A stretch of 64,000 bases of DNA from the human T2T-CHM13v2.0 reference genome, Homo sapiens. The stretch lies in assembly GCF_009914755.1 (NCBI RefSeq), contig NC_060928.1. The stretch is one strand, 5' to 3'. Each line of letters starts with the position of its first letter. Position 1 is the stretch's first letter. A model generated the notes under the pieces. That model did no database searches, was not told the origin of the DNA, and saw only the letters and a list, made by a program, of their open reading frames with translations. Below, piece by piece: positions 47,176 through 64,000 of this stretch. The position numbers were made by a program, and so were the translations under genes.

Positions 47176-47582
47176 AATTCAAAAGAAAAAAGATATAAAA
47201 ATACATAATCCATTTGAAAAAATTACAATCATTAAAAAAGAAAAAAAGGAAAATGGAAAACTACTATAGACATGGTTTGAGTTGATATAAAGCTTTGATA
47301 GAAAGGCACAAAGAAAATGGCCTAAGAGTTGAAAGCCCAGTGAAATCACAGCTCACGAGGGGTACTTGAGAGAAACTAGGGGAGAAAGTTTTAAGACACA
47401 GTCTCCAGCAGAATGGGCTGTCATGAACCCATGGAGTAAGAATTGGGGTTAGGTCGGGAGGAGAACAGCTGCCTTTTCATATCATCCATCCCTCTGTCAG
47501 TCACCCTAGGCAAGAAGCCATCCAGAGAGACTCCGAGGCCAGGGACTGAGTGTGCTCGCACACCTTGCCCTGAACCTGCACT

Positions 47583-48565
<983 letters not shown>

Positions 48566-49745
48566 AGTGGACTAGAGTAGTTCATCCCCTCACCTTGTCC
48601 CTGAGTGCCAGGCAGAGAGGAAAACCCTGGTTTAGAATTCTGAGACCTGCATTTGTATCTGAGTCTTACTAGCTGCATGACCTCGGACAAGTTGCCCAAA
48701 CAGTGAGCCCCAGATTCCACATCTATAACAGAGATCGTAATGCCTACAACACCTTCTCCCCACCGTTGATGTGAAGATTCCATGAGACGGTGTTAGTGGA
48801 TCACTTTGTAAACGCTAAAACTCCAGGCAAACATCTATTGTCATTTCTTCAAACGAAGGGCCCGGCTTCAACCACGTGTGTCTACAAAAAAAGGGGGCAA
48901 GTTTCCATCAATACTCTAATTACAACCAATTGCATGCATTTCCCGTCTGCCCACATGGGAAGTTAAACCCCTCAAAGCACCTTTCTATTATTTCTGGGGG
49001 TTCCCCTGGGCTGTGTCACACGTGTTCTGGAATAGGTTCCCACGTACCTGAGTGTCTGCTCTTCTTCCCCGCTCCTGAGCGACCAGGACTGCCTTCCCAG
49101 CTGTTGGCACTCCCAAGATGACCACTGTTCTGGTGCCACTGAGTCCCCTGACTTAGGCCTTGCAGAAGGAGCACGCGCTCCCCACCTTCTCCTCTGCTCC
49201 ACCTCATTCCTCTCCGCACCCAGCTTAAGCTGGGCTATAACCTTTAACCAGGCATTGTTTGAAGTGTCAGCAGAAGGGACGCTCAAAACAGGGGGGCTTG
49301 GGGCTGCTACTGCTGCCGCTCAGTCAGGCCCCCCGAGCTTGCCTCCCTGGAGCAGGGCCTGCCCCACCAGGGTGCTGTGAGCACACCTGCCCCCGACCAT
49401 GCAGGGCAGCCCTCCAGAGACTCGGTGAGAGAAGGAGCTCCTCCACCCATGGGAGGCAAACTCTGCCTCCCTGTTCCTCAGTTCCTGTCCTAGGACAGGC
49501 CACTTTCCAGAAGGACCGGCAGTGGGAATTCCCACTCCATTCGGGGAAGTCCCCATCCCTTACCCAGAGGCCTGCAGCATTGCTTCCTGACCCCAAGCCA
49601 CAGGATTCCACTTGCACATAATAGTCCAGAGGCTGCAAATCAGGCACACAGACCTGTTTCATTTGGGTCATGCAGTTTAAAAAATATATATGAATTGTTA
49701 TCAATATTCCCATTGAGATAGTTTACACTTAAAATATCACAATTT

Positions 49746-50088
<343 letters not shown>

Positions 50089-50118
50089 TCAGTCACCAGC
50101 TCAAGCTCTGTAGCAGCT

Positions 50119-50505
50119 CGCTATAGTTGGAATGTGTGTCCCTCCACATCTCAGGTTGAAATGTGATCCCCGGTGTTGAAGGTGGGGCCTGGTGGGAGGT
50201 GTTTGGGTCATGGGGGTCCCGTGGGGGTCCCATGGGGGTCATGGGGATCCCTCATGAATGGCTTGGTGCCCTCCTCATGGTAATGAATGCATTCTTGCTC
50301 CATTAGTTCCCAAGAGAGCTGGTTGTTAAAATGACCCTGGCGCCTCCCCACACGCTTGCTTGCTCTTGCCATGCCATCTCTGCCATCTCTGCTCACACGG
50401 CTCCCCTCCACTTTCCACCCTGAGTGGAAGCAGAGCAAGGCCCTCACTAGAAGCAGAGGCCTGATCATGAACTTTCCAACCATCAGAATCGTGAGCCAAA
50501 TAAAC

Positions 50506-50569
<64 letters not shown>

Positions 50570-50618
50570 TGCCCAGCCTCAGGTATTCCTTTACAGTAAC
50601 ACAAAATGGCTTAAGACA
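50119..50618 (+). mobile_element. MSTB-like solo LTR containing (TA)n at 50510-50563
   Basis: LTR motifs; perfect TSD CAGCT. Confidence 0.88.
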
Positions 50619-51797
50619 CAGCTCCTTCCTCTAAATGGAGCCCATGTTTTCCTATTTGCCAGATGCCCATGGTCTCTTTTAGTCCTGTGTATCGCCTTCC
50701 CAGCCCCTGCAGCCATCTGAATTGGTGGGACCATGCTCCTACAGTGGGCCTCATAGGTCCACTCCACAGAGCGCTGGGCCAGAGCTCGTTCTGGTGCCAT
50801 TCTCTCCTCCAGCTTGGTGCAGCGATTCTGTCTCTGTGTCCTTCCTGCACAATGCTGTCGTGAGCTTTCCAGCTCCTAGAAACACCTGCACAAAGAAGAA
50901 TACAGCCTCACAGCAAGAAGAACCGGCAGGTTAAGTGCAGGCTGCACGGCAGGTTGCAGCAGAACTCACCCTCAATCCATGTGGGGCCGGGAATCATTCC
51001 TTCCCACTTTGTGCCACCTTCTATCAGCACCATAAAAAAACTGGTGGAGACAGGGTCCTTGCACAACAAGCAAGTTCAATTGCCATCTAGTTAATGGTAA
51101 GGACCCAGTCAAGCAGGAACAGTCTGCCCCAAAGGTAAATTTCAGTTTAATCTCTTTTAGGAAGCCCCTGGTTGCAATTTTTAAGGAGTCAATTTTCTAG
51201 AAATTTTTCCATAAAATTTTTTTTTAACCTTATAATTTGGGCACCTATTAACATCATGTCGCTGGTGTTTCGATAGACCCAAGGTGGAACATGATAACAG
51301 ATAGAAACCAAAACTTTACAGGCAGATAGTCATAAACGAAATGATGGTGGGAGGGCTGGGGAATTTCCATAGCACTAGAACCTCTGACACACTGTGGGCA
51401 TAAAAGAGACCATGAAAGAAGTCACACATATTGAATTTCTCTTTGCATAGAGGCACAAATGCATCTCTCTTGTTTGACCTTGAAATATTAAAAGAACCAC
51501 AAAAAGGTATCTGCTTTGGGAAATCCCTCATGCCCCAGTACTGAGAAGGGCAGGTGGACTCAGTCACAGGGCTGTGTCCCTTTAGGTCTATTGACCTCAG
51601 CAGGGTTGTAGGGAGAGGTGCCTCTCCCTCATTTTTTTTTCTAATATCCTCCCCTCATTGCTTCCTCACTCAGCCTACCTCCCCAGTTACACAGCCAATG
51701 CAACCTTGGCCCATTTAACCAAAATGTTGCCAATGTTATGGGACAGCAAATGAACACAGAGAATTCCGAATTTTCTGCCCTAGAAGATACAGCTTTT

Positions 51798-51990
51798 GGC
51801 CAGGTGTGGTGGCTCACACCTGTAATCCCAGCACTTCGGGGGGCCGAGGTGGGCAGATCACCTGAGGTCAGGAGTTCGACACCAGCCTGGGCAACATGGT
51901 GAAACCCTGTCTCTACTAAAAATACAAAAACTAGCTGGGCGTGGTGGCACGTGCCTGTAGTCCCAGCTACTCGGGAGGCTGAGGCAGGAG
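51798..51990 (+). mobile_element. 3'-truncated, tailless AluS
   Basis: Ends at gaggcaggag; flanked by direct repeat acagctttt. Confidence 0.9.
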
Positions 51991-53226
51991 CACAGCTTTT
52001 CCGTCTTCTGTGTAGGTTCCCCACATTTCCTCCAAGATCCTGGGGCCATACTTAACTCCTACCACCTAGAATCCTTTTCATTCCTGTCCCATTTGGGAGT
52101 TCTGGTCCTCATTCCTGTCTGAGGACATGTCATCTGATATAATTCCTAGCAGGAAAGTCCATCCATGTCAAAGACCACACATGCACATATGGACCTAGGC
52201 CTTAATATTCAGCCTACAACAAGATGGTCAACTCTAGCAACAAAGCCCAGCTATTTGCAGCGAGAACACACACCTCCAACAATGTCAGACCTGACCCATG
52301 CACTAAAAAGGATAAATTCTGCCCAGGTGGATGGGCTAGTCTAAGCTTTCTCGTAAATGGGGGCCTGACGTGGCTACTGGCTTCCTAACATCTGAAGCAC
52401 TTTTATCAGCTAATTCAACTAAACTTTGCAAAGCTCCTCTTAAAGCCATACTCCCTGGTGTCAATGGACTATTCAGAGAAGAAAACAGTAGCGTTTATGG
52501 GGTGAGGACTTGGGTTCAAGTTCTTCTCTGCAACTTAAATTCTCTACAGCTCACTTCCCTCTCTTGTCTGATCCATTAATACCTAGTCCTATAAATAGTC
52601 CTATAAATTTGCACACAAACTTAGTTATTAACCAGCACCGAGGCTGCATGGGGTTTCGTAAGATGACTTACAGTGATTACTTACACGTGAGTTGAGCATA
52701 AACATCCGCCTGGAACATTCAGTCCGCGCCTCTGCAGCACGGCTGTCAACTCTAATAAATGTTTCCAGCATTAAAAAGCTTGTTTCTTATGGTGTCAAGA
52801 GAATAAAGCCAATTGGTGGTGAATCAGAAATATCTAGGGGGAGGTCTTTTGGAGAATCATGAATAAATATGACAAAAAGAAATCCATTTTAATTTGTATT
52901 AATTACTGAATAATTTCCTGTAGCATAATTGTTAAATTATTAATGAATACCATGAATTGTTTATTTTATTATGAAATAATTCTTTTTAATATACTTATTA
53001 ATCTATCAGTGATAATTATTAATTAACTTACCATATGGATTAATTAATGCATAATGATGAAGTAGGTTGAGAAGGGCTGTAGCAAAAGATGGAACAAAAC
53101 CAGGGGGATAAGCAAGAAAAGAACTCTGCTATGTCATGGGGCTTCCAGAAAATCAGATGAAAACATTCTGCAACTGGAAAAGTACATGTTCTCTTCTGTA
53201 ATATGTCCTCTGCATAAATGTTTTAA

Positions 53227-53555
<329 letters not shown>

Positions 53556-53647
53556 TCCTACCTGATTTTTAAGGAGTAAGTAATCATTTGTGTAGATTTT
53601 AGTTTTTTGTTTGTTTGTTTTTATTTTTTTTAAAAAGTATAACATTT

Positions 53648-53977
<330 letters not shown>

Positions 53978-54009
53978 TAATATTTAATATGTCAACAAGA
54001 TTTTTAGAT

Positions 54010-54403
54010 TTTTTTCTTTCTTTTAACTTTTATTTTAGGTTCAGGGGTGCATATGCAGGTTTGTTATGTAGGTAACTTACGTGTCATGGGAGTTTGGTGT
54101 ACAGATTATTCCACAGCCCAGGTCATAAGAATAGTACCTGACAGGTAGTTTTTCGATCCTCACCCTCCTCTCTCCCTCCACCCTCCAGAAGGCCCTGGTG
54201 TCTGCTGTTCTCTTCTTTGAGTCCTTGTGTACTCAATGTTTATCTCCCACTTATAAGGGAGAATATGTGGTGTCTGGTTTTGTTTCTGTGTTAGTTGGTT
54301 CACGTAGGATAATGGTCTCCAGCTTCATCCATGTTGCTGCAAAGGACATAATCTCTTTCTTTTTTATGGCTGTATAGTGCTCCATGGTGTGTATGTATCA
54401 CAT
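54010..54403 (-). mobile_element. L1PA (PA13-16-like) 3' end
   Basis: ttttattttaggttcaggggtgcatatgcaggtttgtta; TSD tttagattt. Confidence 0.85.
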
Positions 54404-54791
54404 TTTAGATTTCTTATTTTAAAAAAATTCAATGCCCCCAAAATGTAATCACCTACAAACATTTCACCAGGTGAAAACTTTCTCATCCCACAAACTTTAG
54501 GCCATGGACAGTATGCTTTTCCAGAATCTAGGGAAAAGTTAAAGCCCTGGGCACAAGGTAAATTCACTTAGAATTTCAGGGTAGATACTGATTTTTATTA
54601 GGCTCTTGTGCCACTCACAGAAATGCCACATGCTCTTAGTCATCAGCCTCACACTAATACCTGTATACCACATCCTATTCAACAGAAAGGAATATCCACT
54701 TTAACACCCATCAGGAAAAAAAAAATGCTCTTTTTAAAATAAATCACTGACAATTTTCTCAAATAAAATGTCGGATCAAAAAATAAATGCA

Positions 54792-55830
<1,039 letters not shown>

Positions 55831-56420
55831 TACAAATATGAAAATAAATGACGACTTGGAACACCTTGAGCCATAGAGTTCCGCCTGGGGGTCTTTGGCT
55901 GAAAGGACAGACTAGACTGTGTTCCCACGGCTTTTCCATCCCAGAGCACTCACAAGCCCATCTCCTCCATCTCCACGGCCCCTCCCCACCATTCTGCTGG
56001 CCTGACGGCTCTGCTTCCGATCTCAGCCCCACCAGGAAAAGCTTCCAGAATCACAGAAACACATTCTGGGAAATTAGTTTTCTTAAAGCCTTTGCTTTTG
56101 GTTTTAATAAAAAAAAATTAAATATCTTGAAAGCAAAACTGCCATCTAAAGCAGGCTAAAATATAACTGCAACTTTAGGAAAACTTAATTATACATGCTA
56201 TCAATGTACTGGCCCATGATCAATCTATCTACATTTCCCTTTTCTCTCATTTCAGAAAGTAAGAATAAAGTGGCTTTGCTTAAATATAAAAACCTAATCT
56301 CTCTTCTCTTCTCTTCCACTTCCTTGTATTAGATTGTCTTCCAGAACTAACCAAGAGGTCCCTAAAGCTGGCTCCAGAGACAGGATCCTTTGAGAATGTC
56401 TCTACTCTTTAAAAACACCC

Positions 56421-56879
<459 letters not shown>

Positions 56880-56959
56880 TCAAGGTCACCAACTAACCTA
56901 CGTTGAGAAGAACCTTAATGTGATAAAAAGAAGTGAGTGTGAAATTTCCTACCAGAAAA

Positions 56960-58026
<1,067 letters not shown>

Positions 58027-58360
58027 AAGATCTAGGAACAAATCCTGAGTCCCCTGCGACATATTTGCAGAATGATTTCAGTAAACCAATTAATCTCTCT
58101 GAGGGTAAATGTCTTCATCTGTGAAATGGAGATTTTTATATTAACTGAAAGTGTTCTGGGGGTAATGTACATAAAGCACATGAGATATCATGGGTGCTAA
58201 ATAAACAGTAGCTTTTAAGAGGGAATGCCACAGACACAAAACTAAAGAAACCACTTCTCTTCTCCTTAAGTAGCTTATAGCCTTGGAAAAGAGCTAAATA
58301 ACAATGGAAGTAATGTGTACTAAAACAAAAAAGTAGGGCTTCAGATTCATGCATCTTGGG

Positions 58361-58869
58361 TATAATGGGAAATAGAATGTGCCACCCCCAAATATGCCAC
58401 TTTGGCGTAAGAATTGTTTTGAGCTGAAGGCAATTCGCTGTCTGCCATCCCCTATTCTGTCTAAAAACAGGACATAAATTTCCATTTGTAAGGGTGTCTC
58501 CCTTTCCCATACCAGGAAGAGAAATACTCCAGAGACAACTTTTAGCACCTGAGGCGACTCTTATCTGCCTAACAAACGTTATTAAACAACACTTGTTTAT
58601 TATACATTTTCTCCCTTCACCTTCCCATAACTTACCTCCCATCTCAGAAGCCCAAAATCCCCTTTCCTTTGTCCAGCCTAAGATGGTTTATATAAGCTCC
58701 AAATTCTAAATGCCTCTTCGAATCACATTTCGTTGTGAATTCCTGTGCCAGCATACATAATTGTATCTGTTATTCTCTCTTGGTAGTCTGTCTTGTGTGA
58801 ATTTAATTCCTGGGGCCCCCAACCACTGAACACAGGAGAGCAGAGAACAAATGTTTTTCCTCCCCTACA
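58361..58869 (+). mobile_element. MER34-family LTR
   Basis: agaatgtgccacccccaaatatgccactttggc...ttttcctcccctaca. Confidence 0.72.
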
Positions 58870-59076
58870 AGTATAATTAAAAGTATAGGAGATCTTGCAA
58901 TTAAGAATTGGCGTCTGAACCAATATTCCCAATCTCTAATCTCAAACCTATTTTTTTCCTCCTGAACTGATGGTATGTTGACCTAGAGATGATAAAGACA
59001 AAGTTATTTAGGAAGGTAACGCTGGCAGCCAGTTGGGTGGAATAGCTGGAAAAGTTCCTTTAAGAGTGAAAGGATA

Positions 59077-59378
59077 GGCCAGGTGCAGTGGCTCACTCCT
59101 GTAATCCCAGCACTTTGGAAGGCCAAGGCAGGCAGATCACCTAAGGTCAGGAGTTTGAGACCAGCCTGGCCAAAGTGGCAAAACCCCGTCTCTACTAAAA
59201 ATACAAAAATTAGCTAGGTGTGGTAGCACATGCATGTAGTCCCAGTACTCAGGAGGCTGAGGCAGGAGAATTGCTCAAACCCAGGAGGCAGAGGTTGCAG
59301 TAAGCCGAGACCATACCACTCCACTCCAGGCTGGGCCACAGAGCAAGACTCTGCCTCAAAAAAAATTAAAATAAAAAA
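59077..59378 (+). mobile_element. AluS
   Basis: Alu homology; TSD aaga(g/a)tgaaag. Confidence 0.93.
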
Positions 59379-60898
59379 AGAATGAAAGTATCCATAATTA
59401 CAGGTAGATTATCATCAGTTTTCTATTTTTGCTAGATGTTGAAATTAGGTGTATTGAATAAAATACATGGGACTTAAAGCCTGAGTAGCTTCTTTCAAAT
59501 CCCAGCTCTGCTGCTTAGCAGCTGCCACTGGAGAAGTGATTATCCTCTGAGCTTCATTTTGTTCATCTGTAAAACCCGGCGACCAGCACATAGGAAGAAC
59601 ACAGCAAATGCTGGTGTCATTGAACATGCAGATAAATGAATGATTAACAGTCAATGAATTGAAAACTGTTTACCAAACCCAGGCTTGGAAGATTCAAAAC
59701 AGAAACAGTGGTGTTGACAGAGCATTATATTTTAATGGATGACAGTAAATAGAAAAAGGGGGTTGATTCTGGAAAAGCGGAAAGAGCTTCAGAAATACTG
59801 GGAAGCTCCTGGCTTTTGGCGCTCTGTCTTGTTGAAATATTTAAGCCTCAACATACTTTCTCAACCTCATTGTTAGTGAAAGAAGGAAGTTCTATTAAAG
59901 AGAGCAAGAGAAAGACCATGCCTCAATAGCCAGAGTAAATCTAGTTTCCATCACACTCAGGGTGACCGGTTGGTCAAGGCAAAGCAGCATGGATGCTCCT
60001 GATGTCAGGATTTTTCTGTCCTGACCTGAGATGCTTCTGGGTGAACCCATCAGACAAGATGCTTTCTCAGACTCAAGTTCAACCACGTGGACCTCAGAGA
60101 ACGTATAGCATAGTGTTTGTTGTTCCAGCTAGTACCCAGACAGGAGTCACCTGTGTGCATGTCTTTGCATGCATCGCCATGGGGGTTTTCCCAGCTCTGG
60201 TTCTCTAGTTCACTCGAATGAACACAGGAGGGATCACAAAGGCCTGAAGAATGTGTGTTCTTTTCTTCTGTTTTCCTGCACAGGTGCTAGTGTATTAAAA
60301 GCAAGAGCAAAGGGGCAGCCTGATGGCTGACGAGCTGATGAACAAGAGCAGCAGGTGTGTCCCCGCTGTTCCTAGAGAACAGTATGGAGAGTGGATCTCT
60401 CCATCACCCCCTCAATTCCCAATTACATCCCAGTTGTCCCATCCTCAGTCCTGAGGGGCTTTCTTAGTTGAGTCATAAGGGTAACCTCCAGGATGTCTCC
60501 AGAGCTAGGAGGAAGTTGCATAATATCAGTGTTTTTTAAGTACTTTTAGAAAGCAGTGACATTCATTTGACAAAAAAATTTAATGTACAGTGATTTCTTT
60601 CACTTACTGCTGTTGACTTTTCATAAAAAGATAATCTAAGGTCCCTTCCCTCTAGGATGTATTTACAACCTCCTTGGGGAGTCAAACATAAAAATTAAAT
60701 AAGAGCTATGGAAGGATTACACCGATATAATTAATTTTAAAATTAGATTGAGAGCAAAAACATTTATTGAGCATGTACTATGCTCCAGGTACCTGCATAG
60801 GCACTTTTATTTATTCCTCTGATTGAACTGTCCTGTAAGGCGTGGGATATTATCTGCATTTTACAAAAGACAGCTCTAGGCTCAGAATGGTTAAGTAA

Positions 60899-61446
60899 TG
60901 ACAGGGTTCAGGACATGCTACCCCAAACTGTGGTACCTTGACACACTGAATATCTTAAGCTGAAGGAATCTGAGAGATGGCACGTGCAAGAAGCTCCCTC
61001 TCACCTTTCCCCTCACCTTGCCTCCTGAATCAGGTCGTAAAACCTAGGAAGGATTTTCTGACCTTCTCCTGAAGCAGGTCATCGTAAGACCCTCCTGTGA
61101 GCGGTGCCCTCCCTAGACCCGGAGAAAGGGAACATCCTTATTTCTGAAGACAAAGAAGAAGCTGAACAAACAGGCCTTGCTCAGTTTCCCCCAGTTTATT
61201 CCCATCAGACCACACTCTTTCCCCAATCACGTTTCCGCACACCTGGCCACTTCTCGTCAAACCTGTTGTACAAAAGAAGCCAGGCTGAACTGTTTCTCTG
61301 GGTCATTTCCTTATGAAGGTTCCCGTGTCAAGTAAAACTTAGATTAACTAAATGTGTATACTTTTCTCTTCTTAATCTGTCTTTTCTTATATGGGCCTCA
61401 GCCCTGAACCTGAGATGGGCAAGGAAGATACATTTCCTCCCGTACC
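60899..61446 (+). mobile_element. MER39-like LTR inserted in a MIR
   Basis: ggttcaggacatgctaccccaaa..taagctgaaggaat...tttcctcccgta. Confidence 0.72.
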
Positions 61447-62371
61447 GTGACAAAATAAGTGTCTTCTCGTTCAGAGTTTCCGATTCCAAATCCAGGAGTC
61501 TTTCCACTACATCAAACCTAATGGTAAATATTCAAGCATGTACAAAAGAAAGATCCCTGTAGTTGAGTGCATCCAGAGAAGCGCCTTGGCTCTCCCAGTA
61601 GTACTGCTCTGACCTGAGGAAGAATAAGGCCTTTATAAGCACAACTTGGCTGCATTCCACTGGCATAAATCCCAATCAGACAGTCAACCCCCTTCCGCAT
61701 CCCCATCCTCTGGCCTTTTGAGAAAAGGGATCTGCCCTCCTAAGGGAATGTTCATTTTGCCACTAACAGGGAGCTCTCTGAAAAACGCTGTTTGCTGTCC
61801 AGTCACACCTCTGTGGAATCTTTTAACACATGGCGATTCTGTGGCAGGATACCTGTGTTGGTTTTGTTTTCACAGAGTGGTCACAAAGCTGAGTTCAAGG
61901 TGAGAAGTGAAAACAATTAAATGAATGGTAGCTTTTTCCACATGACTTTTCACTGCAGTGACCCAGCCCGGTCAGCCCCCGCGCCCGCTCGGTGGCGTGC
62001 ACTTCCCATGACACACACACTCGTGGTATCCATGAGTGCGTGTCAGGAGAGCAGAAGTGTCACATGGACAAGCGAGTGTCAACAAGAGATGTGCCTCCTC
62101 TACACATCATGTGGTTAATGTCCAAACTCACTCATCCCACAGTCACGTTTGACTCTCAGTTGATCACTCTTTGTTCATGTTGAGATTCAACAGGAAATAT
62201 TGTTTTTACAGGGTCTGGAATTTTAATGAGTCTAAGGATTCCTGATGGTTGTATTGACTTTATTTGTGGGGTTCTCAAAAGGAATCTCACAGTGTAGTCA
62301 ACAGCAAGGAGTAAGCATTTTCTTACTTACAAAACCAAAGTTATATGTGTGGTACAAAGATGAGAGACTGG

Positions 62372-62703
<332 letters not shown>

Positions 62704-63775
62704 TCACGCCACACTGCTGGGCAGTGGTGCTTAAAGAAAGCGAAAGAACAAACAAATGAAATACCAGCCTCAATGCAAAAATAAGCTGGAATGGAGGAGG
62801 TTTTCCATGCTTTTTGAAAGAGGCTGGGTAGAAATTGTAGTCTTGGGGGTTTTGTTGACAGCAAGAATTTCAGCTTTGCCTTAAGTGTTACTCAGAAGGT
62901 GAAATGGATTCAGCCAAACGTTACCATATAAACACAAACAGGCACATTTTGAAAACAGTTCCTGGAGTTCCAGGGAGCTCCCCTTTAATTCATCCCTAGC
63001 TCAATGCCGTATAGTTAGTGTTCAACGTCCTTCTAAGAAAAGAACTGAGGCGGTTTATTATTAGTGGTGAAGAACCAATACACAGAAATACAAAGGGTCA
63101 TAGAAAGACAGTAAGCAACATTTCTGCTACAACAAGAGTCCGTAACCATGCTTTACTCCAGCCTCGGGGCTTCTGAAACCTCCCTAAGCTAAGAAACACA
63201 AACACATGTATGTGGGCCCATAATAGATGTAGGTGAGGGCTATAGGTCTCCTCAGCTTCATACCAGGTGGTATGTTACAATGAAAGCAAGTCTCAGACGG
63301 AATTCGGCCATAAAATAAACATTTAGAAGCCAGCAGGCTCAAAAACGTGGTACAACCAGTTCTGTAAACTCAACCAAGTACTGGTGCTTTGTTCTGCTGG
63401 CACACTGACAGGTGCCTTACATAACAGATTCACTTAAGGCAGATGTGACAGTACTCGAACAGCATGATTTAGCTTCATGTCTAGTCAGGGTCAGGCGCAG
63501 GAACCTTTCTATGAGCTGTGGATACAAGTCCTGATTCAAATCCCAAACCAGAGACAGCATTTGGAAGGGCATACATTATCCACTAGGCTTTCTAGGTCAT
63601 AATACCCTGTTTATGCAAGGAGATGCAATCTGATACAGTGCTTCCAGTCAGCCCATAATATTTTGAACAACTCTTACTTCACCAATGAAAATGACTTCTA
63701 AAATCCATTATGCCAGATAGCAAAGCTGTTGGTGTTCATTGAGGATAGAGGAAGTTCTTATAGCTGACTCTCTAG

Positions 63776-64000
<225 letters not shown>

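Overview
Primate, very likely human, repeat-dense genomic DNA with no intact protein-coding gene. It is a mosaic of Alus, L1/L2/MIR fragments, MaLR/ERV LTRs (including a full-length THE1 element with TSDs), Tigger/MER DNA transposons, microsatellites and a 7SL pseudogene. The standout is a 2.75-kb minus-strand retroposed RNA (30481-33234) with its own TSD, poly(A) and AATAAA, splitting an old L1ME element. It carries a nested MYL12B processed pseudogene with a separate TSD. It also carries an inverted AluSp/AluSc pair with about 24 strand-uniform A>G changes on the RNA strand, which looks like ADAR A-to-I hyper-edited RNA reverse-transcribed and fixed in the genome. Repeat subfamily names and parent-gene comparisons rely on remembered consensus sequences, not database searches.
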